This document shows positions 30,267-39,784 of a stretch of DNA of 64,000 bases, one piece after another. Position 1 is the stretch's first letter, and every line of letters begins with the position of its first letter. The DNA is from Candidatus Latescibacterota bacterium (GTDB lineage: Bacteria; Latescibacterota; UBA2968), in the NCBI GenBank assembly GCA_965198115.1, contig OZ240241.1, positions 1,856,001 through 1,920,000 on the forward strand, read 5' to 3'. Below the pieces are notes generated by a model. It ran no database searches. It was not told the DNA's origin and saw nothing but the letters and a program-made list of their open reading frames with translations. The position numbers and the translations under genes are program-made.

Positions 30267-31871
30267 TCACAACCGGGAAAGGCGTTCGCCAACAGGTTCC
30301 GGAATCCAATCCGCGTCGATACCCAAATCCGCAAGGATCACCTGCGCGCTGTTGTAGCCCGGAAGACCCGTAATGTTTCCACCTGGATGGCAACAGGAAC
30401 CGCACAGGTAAAGGCCGTCCACGTGTCCCCTGTAGTGTCCCGCGCCTGGAAAAGGCCGATCGTAGCCGATCTGCCCGTTCGTGAAGGCTCCGATCAAAAG
30501 ATCACCACGCCGCATGTTGGGAAAGGTGCGTTCGACATCCAGTGGGCTTCGAACGAACCAGTCGAGTGTGGCCTCCCTGACATTGGGCGCATACTGACAC
30601 AGCTGCTCGAACATTTGCTCACCCACTCGATCCTGTTCAGCATCCCAATTAGCCCCATTCCCTTTGATGGCATAGGGCGTCTTCTGCCACACGAAGATCG
30701 TATGACCTCCATCCGGAGCCTGACTCGGATCGAACACCGTCGGACAGCTGCCCCACATAATGGTCGGGGGATGGCTGCCCGCCACGTGCGCATCGACCAT
30801 CTCCAGATATCGATCGACGTGATTCAGACCCAAGATGGCCATGAATGTCCGGCCCAGATGGGGATGTTTCTCAGCGGCCACGAGCGACCACGGTTCGGAC
30901 AGGTTAACGTTGAGCGCGAACAGGGGCGAGATCAGGTTGTACTCGAACGCGTCGGCTCTGTCGCGCCAGTCCGCTGGTACATCGTCGCGGTCCATCAGAT
31001 CGAGAAACGTCTGGTGCGGGTTCAGCCCCGACACGACGAGTCGTGTTCCGACACGCTCGCCCTCGGTCGTCTCTACGCCCACGACCTTTTTACTTTCCGT
31101 CAGGATGCGGGCCGGTTCCGTACAAAGCCGGATCTCGCCCTCCGCCTCCTCAACGGCGCAGACCAACGCTCTCGCGAGAGCAGAAGCGCCCCCCAGGCAC
31201 ATCTGCGCTTTCCCCGTGCTCGCCAGCAGTGCGGCGATGTGATGGCCAAAGCCTGGGCACCGCAGGTCTACCTCTCGCAATCCGTTGAAGAACAGAAGAC
31301 CAGCCTGAATCACCGGGTGTTCGAACTCACGCTGCACGAATCCAAGCGGCGACAGTTCACTCACCTGCAGCAGGAGTCGCCCATTGTCCGTCCCCGACAG
31401 GATGCGGTTCCGCTCCTCGCTCGGGATCGGAGGCGCCTGCGCCTCAGGAATCAGAATCTCCTCGACGATCGGCAAAAACTGGTCGCGCCACCGCCTGAGG
31501 GTCGCCGCATCCTTCACGCTGAACTGCTCGAACGAAGAGGCCGTCTTTTCGAAATCCGTCCACCACTCGAGGGCGTCATTCGACTCCAACAAGAGGGCGA
31601 CGTTCAGCTCGGGCTCGATATACCGCGCGCCGTAGCGCTCGAGGTCGAGTTCCCGATACCACGGCATGTATGTAATGGCACGATGGTAAAAGGAGTGCGT
31701 GTTGTGGAGGTAACCGGGATGTCGTGGATCTTCGACGGTGGCGAGGCCACCACCCGCGACATCACGCCGCTCGAGACATAGGACGTCGAGGCCGGCTCGG
31801 CACAGATAAGCCTGGAGGATCAGACTGTTGTGCCCCGCACCAAGAATCACCGCATCGTATTCACAATCCAT
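30267..31871 (-). CDS. FAD-dependent oxidoreductase, phytoene dehydrogenase-like
   Basis: ILGAGHN...LERRDVAGG; GLYLCGSCCHPGGNITGLPGYNSA. Confidence 0.87.
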   Translation of the reverse strand: MDCEYDAVILGAGHNSLILQAYLCRAGLDVLCLERRDVAGGGLATVEDPRHPGYLHNTHSFYHRAITYMPWYRELDLERYGARYIEPELNVALLLESNDALEWWTDFEKTASSFEQFSVKDAATLRRWRDQFLPIVEEILIPEAQAPPIPSEERNRILSGTDNGRLLLQVSELSPLGFVQREFEHPVIQAGLLFFNGLREVDLRCPGFGHHIAALLASTGKAQMCLGGASALARALVCAVEEAEGEIRLCTEPARILTESKKVVGVETTEGERVGTRLVVSGLNPHQTFLDLMDRDDVPADWRDRADAFEYNLISPLFALNVNLSEPWSLVAAEKHPHLGRTFMAILGLNHVDRYLEMVDAHVAGSHPPTIMWGSCPTVFDPSQAPDGGHTIFVWQKTPYAIKGNGANWDAEQDRVGEQMFEQLCQYAPNVREATLDWFVRSPLDVERTFPNMRRGDLLIGAFTNGQIGYDRPFPGAGHYRGHVDGLYLCGSCCHPGGNITGLPGYNSAQVILADLGIDADWIPEPVGERLSRL

Positions 31872-31922
31872 CAGAGCCGGGACAGACGGTTCGCCTACAC
31901 ATTGGGAGCCAGCGAGGGCCGA

Positions 31923-32696
31923 TCAACTTGATATTTCGTAAGTGCTCGTCGTGTAGGTCACCGACTGGCCCGGGTCGAGGGCAGCAACCGCCGTGTTGGG
32001 TGAGAGCATACGGACATAAGACTCGAACCCCGCTATGTCAGCGGGCTGCCCGGTCGCCTCGCCATAGTGATTGGGGATCACGACATCGGGCCTGATGAAG
32101 CTGGCCGCACGCGCACCTTCACGGATGCCCATCGTGAACTTGCCTCCGACCGGAAGGATGGCGACCTGAGGACCATACATCTGGCTGATCAGCTGCATGT
32201 CACTGAACAGCGCCGTGTCTGACGTGTCGTAGATCGTGATCCCATTCGCGAACTGGAACACGAGCCCACACACCCCGCCATCTGGCTTGAAGTACTCGTC
32301 CTCCGACGGTCCACCGAGTGCCTGGTTGGGTGACATGGAGAGTGAGTGAAAAGCCTGCGTCGCCGTGACGCGTACGTTGCCTACTTCAACCGAGCCACCC
32401 GGGTTGAAAGGAAGCGCCCGATCGCCCAACTCGAGACCGTGCGCCCCGGCCACCAGACACAGCTCGTAGTTCCCGATGAACGTCGCCCCCGTCCTCTCGC
32501 ACACCGCGAACGAGTCGCCAACGTGGTCGTTGTGCCCGTGGGTCGCAACGACCAGATCCGCCTTTTCAACATCATCCACCCCGATGTCACACGTCGGATT
32601 ACCATCCAGCCAGGGATCGATGTAGATCGATTCGCCCGAGTCGGGCTCGATCAGCATCGATGCGTGTCCTAAAAGCGTCACCTTCACCTGCGCCAT
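31923..32696 (-). CDS. Metal-dependent hydrolase, MBL fold (UPF0173-like)
   Basis: LGHA, IDPW, THGHNDHVGD, DTALFSDM, LPVGGKFTMG, PNHY. Confidence 0.88.
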   Translation of the reverse strand: MAQVKVTLLGHASMLIEPDSGESIYIDPWLDGNPTCDIGVDDVEKADLVVATHGHNDHVGDSFAVCERTGATFIGNYELCLVAGAHGLELGDRALPFNPGGSVEVGNVRVTATQAFHSLSMSPNQALGGPSEDEYFKPDGGVCGLVFQFANGITIYDTSDTALFSDMQLISQMYGPQVAILPVGGKFTMGIREGARAASFIRPDVVIPNHYGEATGQPADIAGFESYVRMLSPNTAVAALDPGQSVTYTTSTYEISS

Positions 32697-32821
32697 TCTT
32701 CCTCCTTAAAGATCAACCTTACACGAATGGGAGACCTTCCAGCCCTATCTTACTCCGATTCTGTGTCCTGCCTCTGTTCGAGTCACGCTTCGACGTATGT
32801 CTTACTACCAGCTCGTGAAAC

Positions 32822-32975
32822 TTTGAACGCGAAGGCGCCAAGACACGAAGACGCGAAGAACTGCTCTTCAGAATGCTTGCCACCACGATCGGGTCGTTCC
32901 CCGGGTTTCTGGATCCACTCGATACCCAACCTGCCCATCCTTAGTGTCTTAGGCCTTCGTGTCTTTGCGTTTAAA
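32822..32975. repeat. MITE-like inverted element built of 8-bp units
   Basis: ACGCGAAG GCGCCAAG ACACGAAG ACGCGAAG (32827-32858) faces CTTAGTGT CTTAGGC CTTCGTGT CTTTGCGT (32940-32970). Confidence 0.7.
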
Positions 32976-33001
32976 CTTCCCCGGTGTCCGCAGATCTGCG
33001 C

Positions 33002-34048
33002 TCAGTCAAGGCTTACACCGACCTCCGCACCCTTCTCCGAAATCTGTCTCCACGTCTCATCGTCGATGAACACGCCGTCGGCTTCCATCTGCTTGCGCTT
33101 TCGACTTTCCAGTTCACCCGGCAGCACGATCTCGTCGAACCCCTCCATCAGTCGGGAGCTCTTGAGCCACGCCATGAATGTCTGCATATCACGCTCGAAA
33201 TCGTCCGGCGCGATGAAGGCTTGGATGTCGATCGCCATCACGAATACGCCATTCCCACCGCCCGTTGCCCCGTCGCGACTCAATCCGCCCCCACCCAAAG
33301 CACCCGACAACACATCAACAACGATCGATAACGCATAGCCTTTGTGCGCGGTGATACCTCCGAACGGCAGGATGGCCCCTCGCGGCGGACCGTAAAAACC
33401 GGCTGGCTCGGTCGTCGGGTTGCCATCGGCGTCGATCGCCCACCCTTCAGGAAGTTTCTCACCTAGGTTTCGTTTAACGCGAATTTTGCCCTCGGCGACA
33501 ACGCTGGCCGTCATGTCGACGACGACGGGGAAGTCTCCCCCTGTCGGGATGCCGACCGCGATCGGGTTGGGCGACATGCGGGCGTCGATGCCGCCGAACG
33601 GCGACTGCAACAACCCGCCGCCGTGGTTGTTGCACATCACGATCCCGATGAAGTTCTGCTCTGCCGCCGTCTCGACGTATTCGCCCAACCGCCCGATGTG
33701 GCTGCAGTTGAACACCTCCACGACAGCCACCGACCGCTTCCTCGCTTTCTCGATCGCCATCGCCATCGCCTGATGGGTGATGGTCTGACCGAAGCCCCAT
33801 CCCCCGTCCACGACGGCGGAGGCGTCCGCTTCCTTCACGATCTCGATCGTCTTGCCCGGATGCGCTCGACCGTCTTTCAACACATCGACGTATTGAGCGA
33901 CACGGACCACGCCGTGCGAGTCGTGACCAAAGATGTTCGCGAGCACGAGCGAATGCGCGATCCGCTTCGCCTCGATCGCATCCAACCCCGCGGCCACGAA
34001 CACCTTCTCACAACTTGCTTCCAACTCGTCGATCTGAAACGTCGGCAA
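33002..34048 (-). CDS. Ldh_2 family (type 2 malate/lactate/ureidoglycolate) oxidoreductase
   Basis: GHDSHGV, DGGWGFGQ, HIGRLGEY, PFGG, NPIA, HKGYAL, LPGE. TTG start at 34048 with GGAGG RBS. Confidence 0.9.
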   Translation of the reverse strand: MPTFQIDELEASCEKVFVAAGLDAIEAKRIAHSLVLANIFGHDSHGVVRVAQYVDVLKDGRAHPGKTIEIVKEADASAVVDGGWGFGQTITHQAMAMAIEKARKRSVAVVEVFNCSHIGRLGEYVETAAEQNFIGIVMCNNHGGGLLQSPFGGIDARMSPNPIAVGIPTGGDFPVVVDMTASVVAEGKIRVKRNLGEKLPEGWAIDADGNPTTEPAGFYGPPRGAILPFGGITAHKGYALSIVVDVLSGALGGGGLSRDGATGGGNGVFVMAIDIQAFIAPDDFERDMQTFMAWLKSSRLMEGFDEIVLPGELESRKRKQMEADGVFIDDETWRQISEKGAEVGVSLD

Positions 34049-34143
34049 CTGTCCTCCATTGATTATTGAAAATGTTGTATAGCTCAACACCTTCACCAGG
34101 TGCGTAACGACATGTTCTATGTTCTATCTTCCATCTTCAATGC

Positions 34144-34896
34144 CTACCCTGCTTTCGCTATTGTTTCGGCAAACTCCTTTGCGCCCTTGGCAATCCAGGG
34201 ACCGATCCCGGTAAACGCGAATCGAACTCCCAGGCTCATGAAGTGCTCGGCCGTCTCCTGCGTCATCAGGGTTCCGGCGGTTCGCCCAGAGTCGGCGATT
34301 CGCCTCAACGTGTCGTCGATCGTTTTCTGCACATCCGGATGTTGGATATTGCCGATGTGTCCCATCGATGCCGCCAGGTCAGAGGGGGCCACGAAAAACA
34401 CATCGATGTGGTCGACCGAGAGGATCTCGTCCAGATTCTGCACCGCCACGATATCTTCAACGAGCACGATCAGCAGCGTCTCGTCGTTTGCGACTGCAAG
34501 GTAATTGTCGACGCCGTAACCTTGCCGGCTTGTGAACAACCCTCGTTGCCCGATGGGTGCGAATTTCCCGCCCGCAATCACGTTCTCCGCTTCCGCCTTC
34601 GTGTTGACGTGTGGAACGACGATGCCTTGCGAGCCCCGGTCGAGGGTCCGGTAAATGAGATTCTGATCGTTCCTGTTTATGCGGGTTATGGATGTGAGCC
34701 CCCAAAGGTCGCAGGCCCGGCTCAGCTGGCTGACGTGCTCGGCATCCACACGTCCGTGCTCCCCCTCCAGCCAGACACCGTCCCACCCATTGGGCCCAAA
34801 TGAATCGATGGCGTCCGCGTCATCCATTCCAGCGACGACGAGGGCCCGTTCGCCTGCCTGAAGCTTCTGCTTTACGCGATTCGGTCGGATTTCCAT
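34144..34896 (-). CDS. HpcH/HpaI aldolase family protein
   Basis: EGEHG, LDRGSQGIVVPHV, PIGQRG, LVED, FVAPSDL. Confidence 0.9.
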   Translation of the reverse strand: MEIRPNRVKQKLQAGERALVVAGMDDADAIDSFGPNGWDGVWLEGEHGRVDAEHVSQLSRACDLWGLTSITRINRNDQNLIYRTLDRGSQGIVVPHVNTKAEAENVIAGGKFAPIGQRGLFTSRQGYGVDNYLAVANDETLLIVLVEDIVAVQNLDEILSVDHIDVFFVAPSDLAASMGHIGNIQHPDVQKTIDDTLRRIADSGRTAGTLMTQETAEHFMSLGVRFAFTGIGPWIAKGAKEFAETIAKAG

Positions 34897-34995
34897 AGTT
34901 CCCTCTGCGAGTGTTAGGTGGACAAGCGGCTGGGATAATAGCTTCTGGCGTGAAGTGGAGCAAGCTCTGGAGACTCGGCGTGGGTCCGAATGCAC

Positions 34996-35742
34996 TCAGG
35001 GTCTAGCGTATTCCCCGGCCAGGTAGCGTGTGATTTCACGATCTCCGTAGTCGAGCGCGAGTTCGACGAACCGGCTGGCTCGCTCCTCGTCCAACAACGG
35101 CCTCGCGCGTTCGAGATCCTCCTCCCATTTCCTCTTCGCTTCTTCCACACTGCCACGCCACTTCCTCATCGTCAAAAAAACCTGCTCGATCGCCCAGGGA
35201 TCCTCGACCGACGCCCAGGGCCGCGACAGAGCTAGAAAGTCGGACACGGCCCGGCACTGGATGAACCCGACGTGGTCCGCCCGATCGAACTCGCCGATCG
35301 AGCCATCTGCATCCTGATAATGTATCGGGAGTGTGTCGACCATGGACCACAGGCCGCGAACCGTGGGCCGAAAGTCATCGCCCAAGGCATGTGTTTGGTA
35401 GGTTATGGCGTCGCGAAAGGCTTCGTCGACCGTAAGATGGGAGATATAGCCGAGGATCAGCACGATGTCGCGATCGGAAAGCTTCCGTGGATCGGACAGA
35501 TCGGGATGGTGCTCGAACATGCCGCTCACCGCCTTTCCCCACGTCTCCTTCTGATCCTCAGCATAGAAGTGGGTTCCGAATTTACCGAGCTTTGCGAAGA
35601 TGCGTAGCCCATCCGGAGCGATGGACCCAGCCAACCAATGTCGGAGATGTTCATCGGCGAGATCGGCTGCTTGCGGATGCGTCTCGCGCAGTCGGCCGTG
35701 AAGACTGGATACCAGGGCGAAGTGGCAACGTCCGCGGGGCAA
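34996..35742 (-). CDS. Zinc-dependent phospholipase C-like helical protein
   Basis: N-terminal His, GSIAPD, THFY, GYISHLTVD pattern. Likely TTG start at 35742. Confidence 0.6.
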   Translation of the reverse strand: MPRGRCHFALVSSLHGRLRETHPQAADLADEHLRHWLAGSIAPDGLRIFAKLGKFGTHFYAEDQKETWGKAVSGMFEHHPDLSDPRKLSDRDIVLILGYISHLTVDEAFRDAITYQTHALGDDFRPTVRGLWSMVDTLPIHYQDADGSIGEFDRADHVGFIQCRAVSDFLALSRPWASVEDPWAIEQVFLTMRKWRGSVEEAKRKWEEDLERARPLLDEERASRFVELALDYGDREITRYLAGEYARP

Positions 35743-35890
35743 CGTGTTTCCTCTAGGGTCTTCGACCGCACTGACATCTTCACAGTGGTGGACGGTGGGC
35801 GGTGGGCAATAGACGGTAAAGACGGCGTGCGCCCCTAAAGTCGTGGACAAGGTCCGCTCTTCACTGCGACAACCTCGTGCAGAGTAGAAG

Positions 35891-35958
35891 CGAATTTCGA
35901 ACATCCAACGTCCAACTCAGAATGTCGAAGGGCACTCGGCGTTCGGCGTTGGACATTG
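35891..35958. repeat. Degenerate heptamer array with inverted arm
   Basis: CGAATTT CGAACAT CCAACGT CCAACTC AGAATGT, then CTCGGCG TTCGGCG TTGGACA. Confidence 0.6.
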
Positions 35959-35975
35959 CCTCAAGCCGCCGCCAT

Positions 35976-36773
35976 CTATCTCTTATACAATCGATCGAAC
36001 GTGTGCCTGGGCTTCCATCCCAGGATCCGTTCGGCTTTGTTCGTTCCATACTTCCCGTGAGGCAGAGTAGCACAGATATCAATGACTTCGTACAGGCTCG
36101 TCAGCTTCTCCGTCCTGAGGGCGTGGAGGAATGGTTCGCCCGTGTCTTCCCACGCGACGGAAAACGGATGGAGACCCGAGCCATCGGGCGTCGAAGGCTG
36201 GTCGACCGTTCGGAAGGAACAGTAGAGAAACGTGACCACCTCGATCTCGTGGGCCTCTGCGAACACCCGAACAATCTCGCCGCCCAGGTATTTGGTCAAC
36301 GCATACAGATCGGACCCGGGATGGAGCGGAGCCTCGTCAGGAATGCCAAAGTCGGCATAGTAGTCTCCCTCGAAGCCGAGCGTGGTATGTCGCGGCCCTG
36401 TATGAATCACGCGCTTGATGCCGCACTCGACAGCGGCACGCATCACGTTGTAGGCACCAACCATGTTCACACGGAATGCCGGCACGAGTACTGGACGCAG
36501 CACGCTCACGTTGATCAATGCGTCCATCCCGTCCGCTGCCGCTCGAACCTGCTCATAGTCCGTGATGTCGACGGATACCCACTCGTCAGGCGGCACCGGT
36601 AAGACGGGCACGGGCACCCCGGGCGATTGAGGCTCGCCTTCGAGGATCGACTCGATCGAGCGCAGATCGGTCAGTCGAAGCGTGTACTGGCCTCTCAGCG
36701 CATCGGCGGCGGCCGCACCCACGGGACCGCCGGCACCGAAGATCGCCACCCTACCTTCCGTCACGGCAGACAC
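35976..36773 (-). CDS. NAD-dependent epimerase/uronate dehydrogenase-like SDR
   Basis: IFGAGGPVG, LRLTD, VNMVGAYNV, YALTK. Confidence 0.82.
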   Translation of the reverse strand: MSAVTEGRVAIFGAGGPVGAAAADALRGQYTLRLTDLRSIESILEGEPQSPGVPVPVLPVPPDEWVSVDITDYEQVRAAADGMDALINVSVLRPVLVPAFRVNMVGAYNVMRAAVECGIKRVIHTGPRHTTLGFEGDYYADFGIPDEAPLHPGSDLYALTKYLGGEIVRVFAEAHEIEVVTFLYCSFRTVDQPSTPDGSGLHPFSVAWEDTGEPFLHALRTEKLTSLYEVIDICATLPHGKYGTNKAERILGWKPRHTFDRLYKR

Positions 36774-36776
36774 GAA

Positions 36777-37433
36777 TCAGTCCTCCTCCACGAGGGAAAG
36801 CGGCGCTTGTTTCGCTGCTCTGAACGGAAACCGCTCAGTGCCGCAGACGTGGTAGAGGAACCAGCGATAACGCGTCTCACCCAGCGGCATGGATAACGCC
36901 CGGACGATCGCCTCGAGTGCGAGATCCTGCGGCGTTCCATCTGGGCCCTCGATCTCGCCCATTCGCAGGCAGATCGAAGTGATCGGACCTTCCCTCGCAA
37001 ACTCCCTAAACGTCTGCTCCACCAGATACGGCGCGAGCGAGCCCGCCTCGGGTCGAGGTCGGGGTCGAAAGGTCTCTTCGAGCACATAATCGTCAGGGTA
37101 ATCGGCCAGAAGATCTAGCGTGCTGATCAGGATGGCGCGTTCAACGCCCGCGGTTTGTGCTTCTTCCAACATGACGTAGGCGCCCCGTACCGCATCGTCC
37201 AGAACGGTCTCATCCTTCGCGTCGGACAGGGCCGCCGTTTCGAAGACGTCCCCGTGGACGACGGCGTCGACGCCCTGGATGATCGGATTGACCCGATCCG
37301 GCTCGGGCAGCAGAACCTCATCGACACCACTGCCTGCTGCGCGGCCTACTGCTACGACTTCGTGTTCGTCACTCAGATGTCGGGCGACGCTCTTGGGAAA
37401 GGGACGGTCGCAGCCGGTTACGACGATCTTCAC
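36777..37433 (-). CDS. Degenerate NAD-dependent epimerase-like protein
   Basis: KIVVTG, GVDAVVH, GAYVML, ICLRMG; the Gly-rich loop and YxxxK are not intact. Confidence 0.6.
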   Translation of the reverse strand: MKIVVTGCDRPFPKSVARHLSDEHEVVAVGRAAGSGVDEVLLPEPDRVNPIIQGVDAVVHGDVFETAALSDAKDETVLDDAVRGAYVMLEEAQTAGVERAILISTLDLLADYPDDYVLEETFRPRPRPEAGSLAPYLVEQTFREFAREGPITSICLRMGEIEGPDGTPQDLALEAIVRALSMPLGETRYRWFLYHVCGTERFPFRAAKQAPLSLVEED

Positions 37434-37549
37434 GTTGTCTCCTACGAGCTAAACAGTATTCGAGCGTTTAGTGTTCGTGGGGAAGGTACTAACGAACCCT
37501 CAACGAGGATGTCGTCAAGAAAGGGTCGATGGTCGGGACATGAAAAGAC

Positions 37550-38395
37550 TTAATCGGACGACCGAACAGCGTATTCTTCACGTTCATCGGTCGCGATTTG
37601 AACCCAGGGCAGGTCCGGGTCGTGAGGCGTTGCTACCCACCATCCTGAGTCGGCGGCTGCCTGCAGCCACTTCTGCTTGTTGATGTAGGTCTCTCTCGGA
37701 TAGTGATCGAAGGCCATCACATACAGAGGACGCAGGTGATGGGTCGTAGGCACGAGATCGGCCGTGAAGAAAAAAACGCCATCACCCGATTCGATCAGCA
37801 CCGATTGATGGGCACGTGTATGTCCGGGTGTCAGAACCAATCGAATCGATCCGAACGAGATGTCGCCATCGATCAGATCGACGACGGATGCGGCTTCCAG
37901 AGGGTCCATCACCGACTCGCGCGGGTAGGCGTTGACCGATTGTCCATCTGCTTCGCGCGCGTCTTTCCACTCTCCGCGCTGAATCGCGTATCGCGCATTC
38001 GGAAACGTCGGGACGTAGGTACACTCGGACCCCGACGTCGCACCGCCGGCGTGGTCCTGATGCAAATGACTCAGGATCACGCGGTCGATCTGCTCCGGAC
38101 GAACGCCGACTTCCGCCAGGGCGCCAACGAGACCCGGGTCCTCCTCCAGCGCGAAAATCCCGCGCAGTCTGTCTGTGACCTTCCCCCCGAAACCGGTCTC
38201 GATAAGCGTGCACTCGCCATCGGATTCCACGAGAAAGCACCACATGACCAGCCCGATGCGGTTCTGATCATCCGCCGGAATGCGTTTCGACCAATGCGTC
38301 TTGGGAATGATCCCGAACATCCCACCGCCGTCGAGACGGAGGCGTCCCGCCTGAACGGCGGTGATTCGGATATCACCGATTTGCAGGGTGTGCAT
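37550..38395 (-). CDS. MBL-fold metallo-hydrolase (YtnP-like)
   Basis: LDGGGMFGIIPK, SHLHQDHAGG, TPGHT, ADLVP. Confidence 0.9.
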   Translation of the reverse strand: MHTLQIGDIRITAVQAGRLRLDGGGMFGIIPKTHWSKRIPADDQNRIGLVMWCFLVESDGECTLIETGFGGKVTDRLRGIFALEEDPGLVGALAEVGVRPEQIDRVILSHLHQDHAGGATSGSECTYVPTFPNARYAIQRGEWKDAREADGQSVNAYPRESVMDPLEAASVVDLIDGDISFGSIRLVLTPGHTRAHQSVLIESGDGVFFFTADLVPTTHHLRPLYVMAFDHYPRETYINKQKWLQAAADSGWWVATPHDPDLPWVQIATDEREEYAVRSSD

Positions 38396-38471
38396 TGTGA
38401 GAGGCCGGAACCGGTAGACGGTCGCTGTGGGAAGTGGGCAGTAGAGATAGGCCGCCCCCACGATCATTTCG

Positions 38472-38494
38472 GTGGGAGCAGCCTCCCGGCTGCG
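38472..38494. repeat. REP-like unit
   Basis: GTGGGA followed by hairpin GCAGCC-TCCC-GGCTGC. Confidence 0.45.
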
Positions 38495-38571
38495 GACGAA
38501 AAAGGTGAGTGACAAGAAATCACCTGGCTTCGAGCGTGTGTTCAAGTATTGCCGCTGCTAATCCCGCAGGC

Positions 38572-38610
38572 AAAAAGAAAACGCCCCCTTTAATCCGCCA
38601 AGGGAGCGCC
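38572..38610 (-). terminator. Intrinsic terminator after the HEAT lipoprotein gene
   Basis: Minus strand GCGCTCCCTT...AAGGGGGCGT followed by TTTCTTTTT. Confidence 0.65.
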
Positions 38611-38636
38611 ACGATCCGACAACTCAATTTCCTATC

Positions 38637-39080
38637 CTAATTCCCCAATTGATCTATCCCCTGCAGTGGGTTGGCCTGTGACTGGTAGAGCTGTCTGAGG
38701 ACCTGGACCACCTGGATCCGGATCCGAACGCTGTCGTCGCCCATCGCTTTCATCAAGTAGGGTCCCGCAATGTCGGCCGAGAAGTTGGATAGAGCCTTGA
38801 CGGCCTCGAAGCGTGTGTTCTCGTCCGGGTCTTTCAGGGCACGACCCAGAGCCGAGGCTGCCCGCTTCTGAACATCGGGATCGGTCATCGTGCCGAGCAG
38901 ACGGACTGCATCGAGCCTGACGATAGGGTTCTTGTCCTCCAGTGCCCGCTCGAGAACCGCTTCCATCGAGGTATCCTTTTTGGCGCCAAGCAGAGGCACG
39001 TAGCGAACGGGTGGCGCCCGCCTCACAACGCAGCCTGTGGTCGCCAGAGCACTTAGGATCAGGAGAAGGGTTTTTCGCAC
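38637..39080 (-). CDS. HEAT-repeat lipoprotein
   Basis: Lipobox-like ATTGC; repeats LEDKNPIVRLDAVRLLG, LKDPDENTRFEAVKALS. Confidence 0.8.
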   Translation of the reverse strand: MRKTLLLILSALATTGCVVRRAPPVRYVPLLGAKKDTSMEAVLERALEDKNPIVRLDAVRLLGTMTDPDVQKRAASALGRALKDPDENTRFEAVKALSNFSADIAGPYLMKAMGDDSVRIRIQVVQVLRQLYQSQANPLQGIDQLGN

Positions 39081-39156
39081 TGAATAGCACCGCTTTAGGT
39101 TAAAATGGCCGGTTCTACGTTATTTTCGGCAGAATCCCAGACTTCTCCACCTTCTT

Positions 39157-39702
39157 CTACGCTTCTTCCTCATCCTCCGCCTCATCTTTTTCCCAGAATC
39201 GCCGGTACTCATCCAGGAAGCACAGCGAGGAAGGGTCTTCCATACGATCAAGATACAGGATACCGTCCAGATGGTCGACCTCGTGCTGAATAATCCGGGA
39301 CTGCAGGCCCTCCGCCACGAACTCGACGGTCACACCTTCTCGGTCCAGCGCCTGAACGGAAATCCGGGTGTGGCGTCGTACGAGTCCTCTCAGCTCGGGA
39401 ATGCTCAGACACCCCTCCCAACTTGTTTCCGTTTCTCCATCGACCGGCTTTGCGATCGGATTGATGAGGACGCAGGGCTCGCAGTCATCCACCGACTCGG
39501 CAAACCCTTGTGTCACGAGAATCCGCAATGACACGTGGACTTGTGGCGCCGCCAACCCCGCGCCGTGATACTCATCCATCGTTTCCAACATGTCGTCGAT
39601 CAGCCGTTGCGTATCGGCTTGGGCGATCGAATTCAGGTTGACAGGTTCGGCAACTACACGCAGCACGGGATGTCCCATGCGAGACACCTTCCGTATCGCC
39701 AT
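39157..39702 (-). CDS. def: Peptide deformylase
   Basis: GAGLAAPQV, EGCLS, QHEVDHLDG. Confidence 0.96.
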   Translation of the reverse strand: MAIRKVSRMGHPVLRVVAEPVNLNSIAQADTQRLIDDMLETMDEYHGAGLAAPQVHVSLRILVTQGFAESVDDCEPCVLINPIAKPVDGETETSWEGCLSIPELRGLVRRHTRISVQALDREGVTVEFVAEGLQSRIIQHEVDHLDGILYLDRMEDPSSLCFLDEYRRFWEKDEAEDEEEA

Positions 39703-39784
39703 TCACGCCTCTCCAGGTTTTGCGTAGGGACCTGTATGCTTATCTTTCAGCGCCTGTGACACATCATCGATCGAAGGAGATGAT

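Noticed and set aside
30267-31871. Carotenoid biosynthesis gene crtI
   Set aside because: Only family-level similarity; no crtB/crtE nearby and the context is catabolic.
37550-38395. Metallo-beta-lactamase resistance gene
   Set aside because: No signal peptide, and the LDGGxMFG motif fits YtnP-like hydrolases.
25726-38450. Short repeats as a CRISPR array
   Set aside because: Units are 7-9 bp without spacers, and no cas genes are present.
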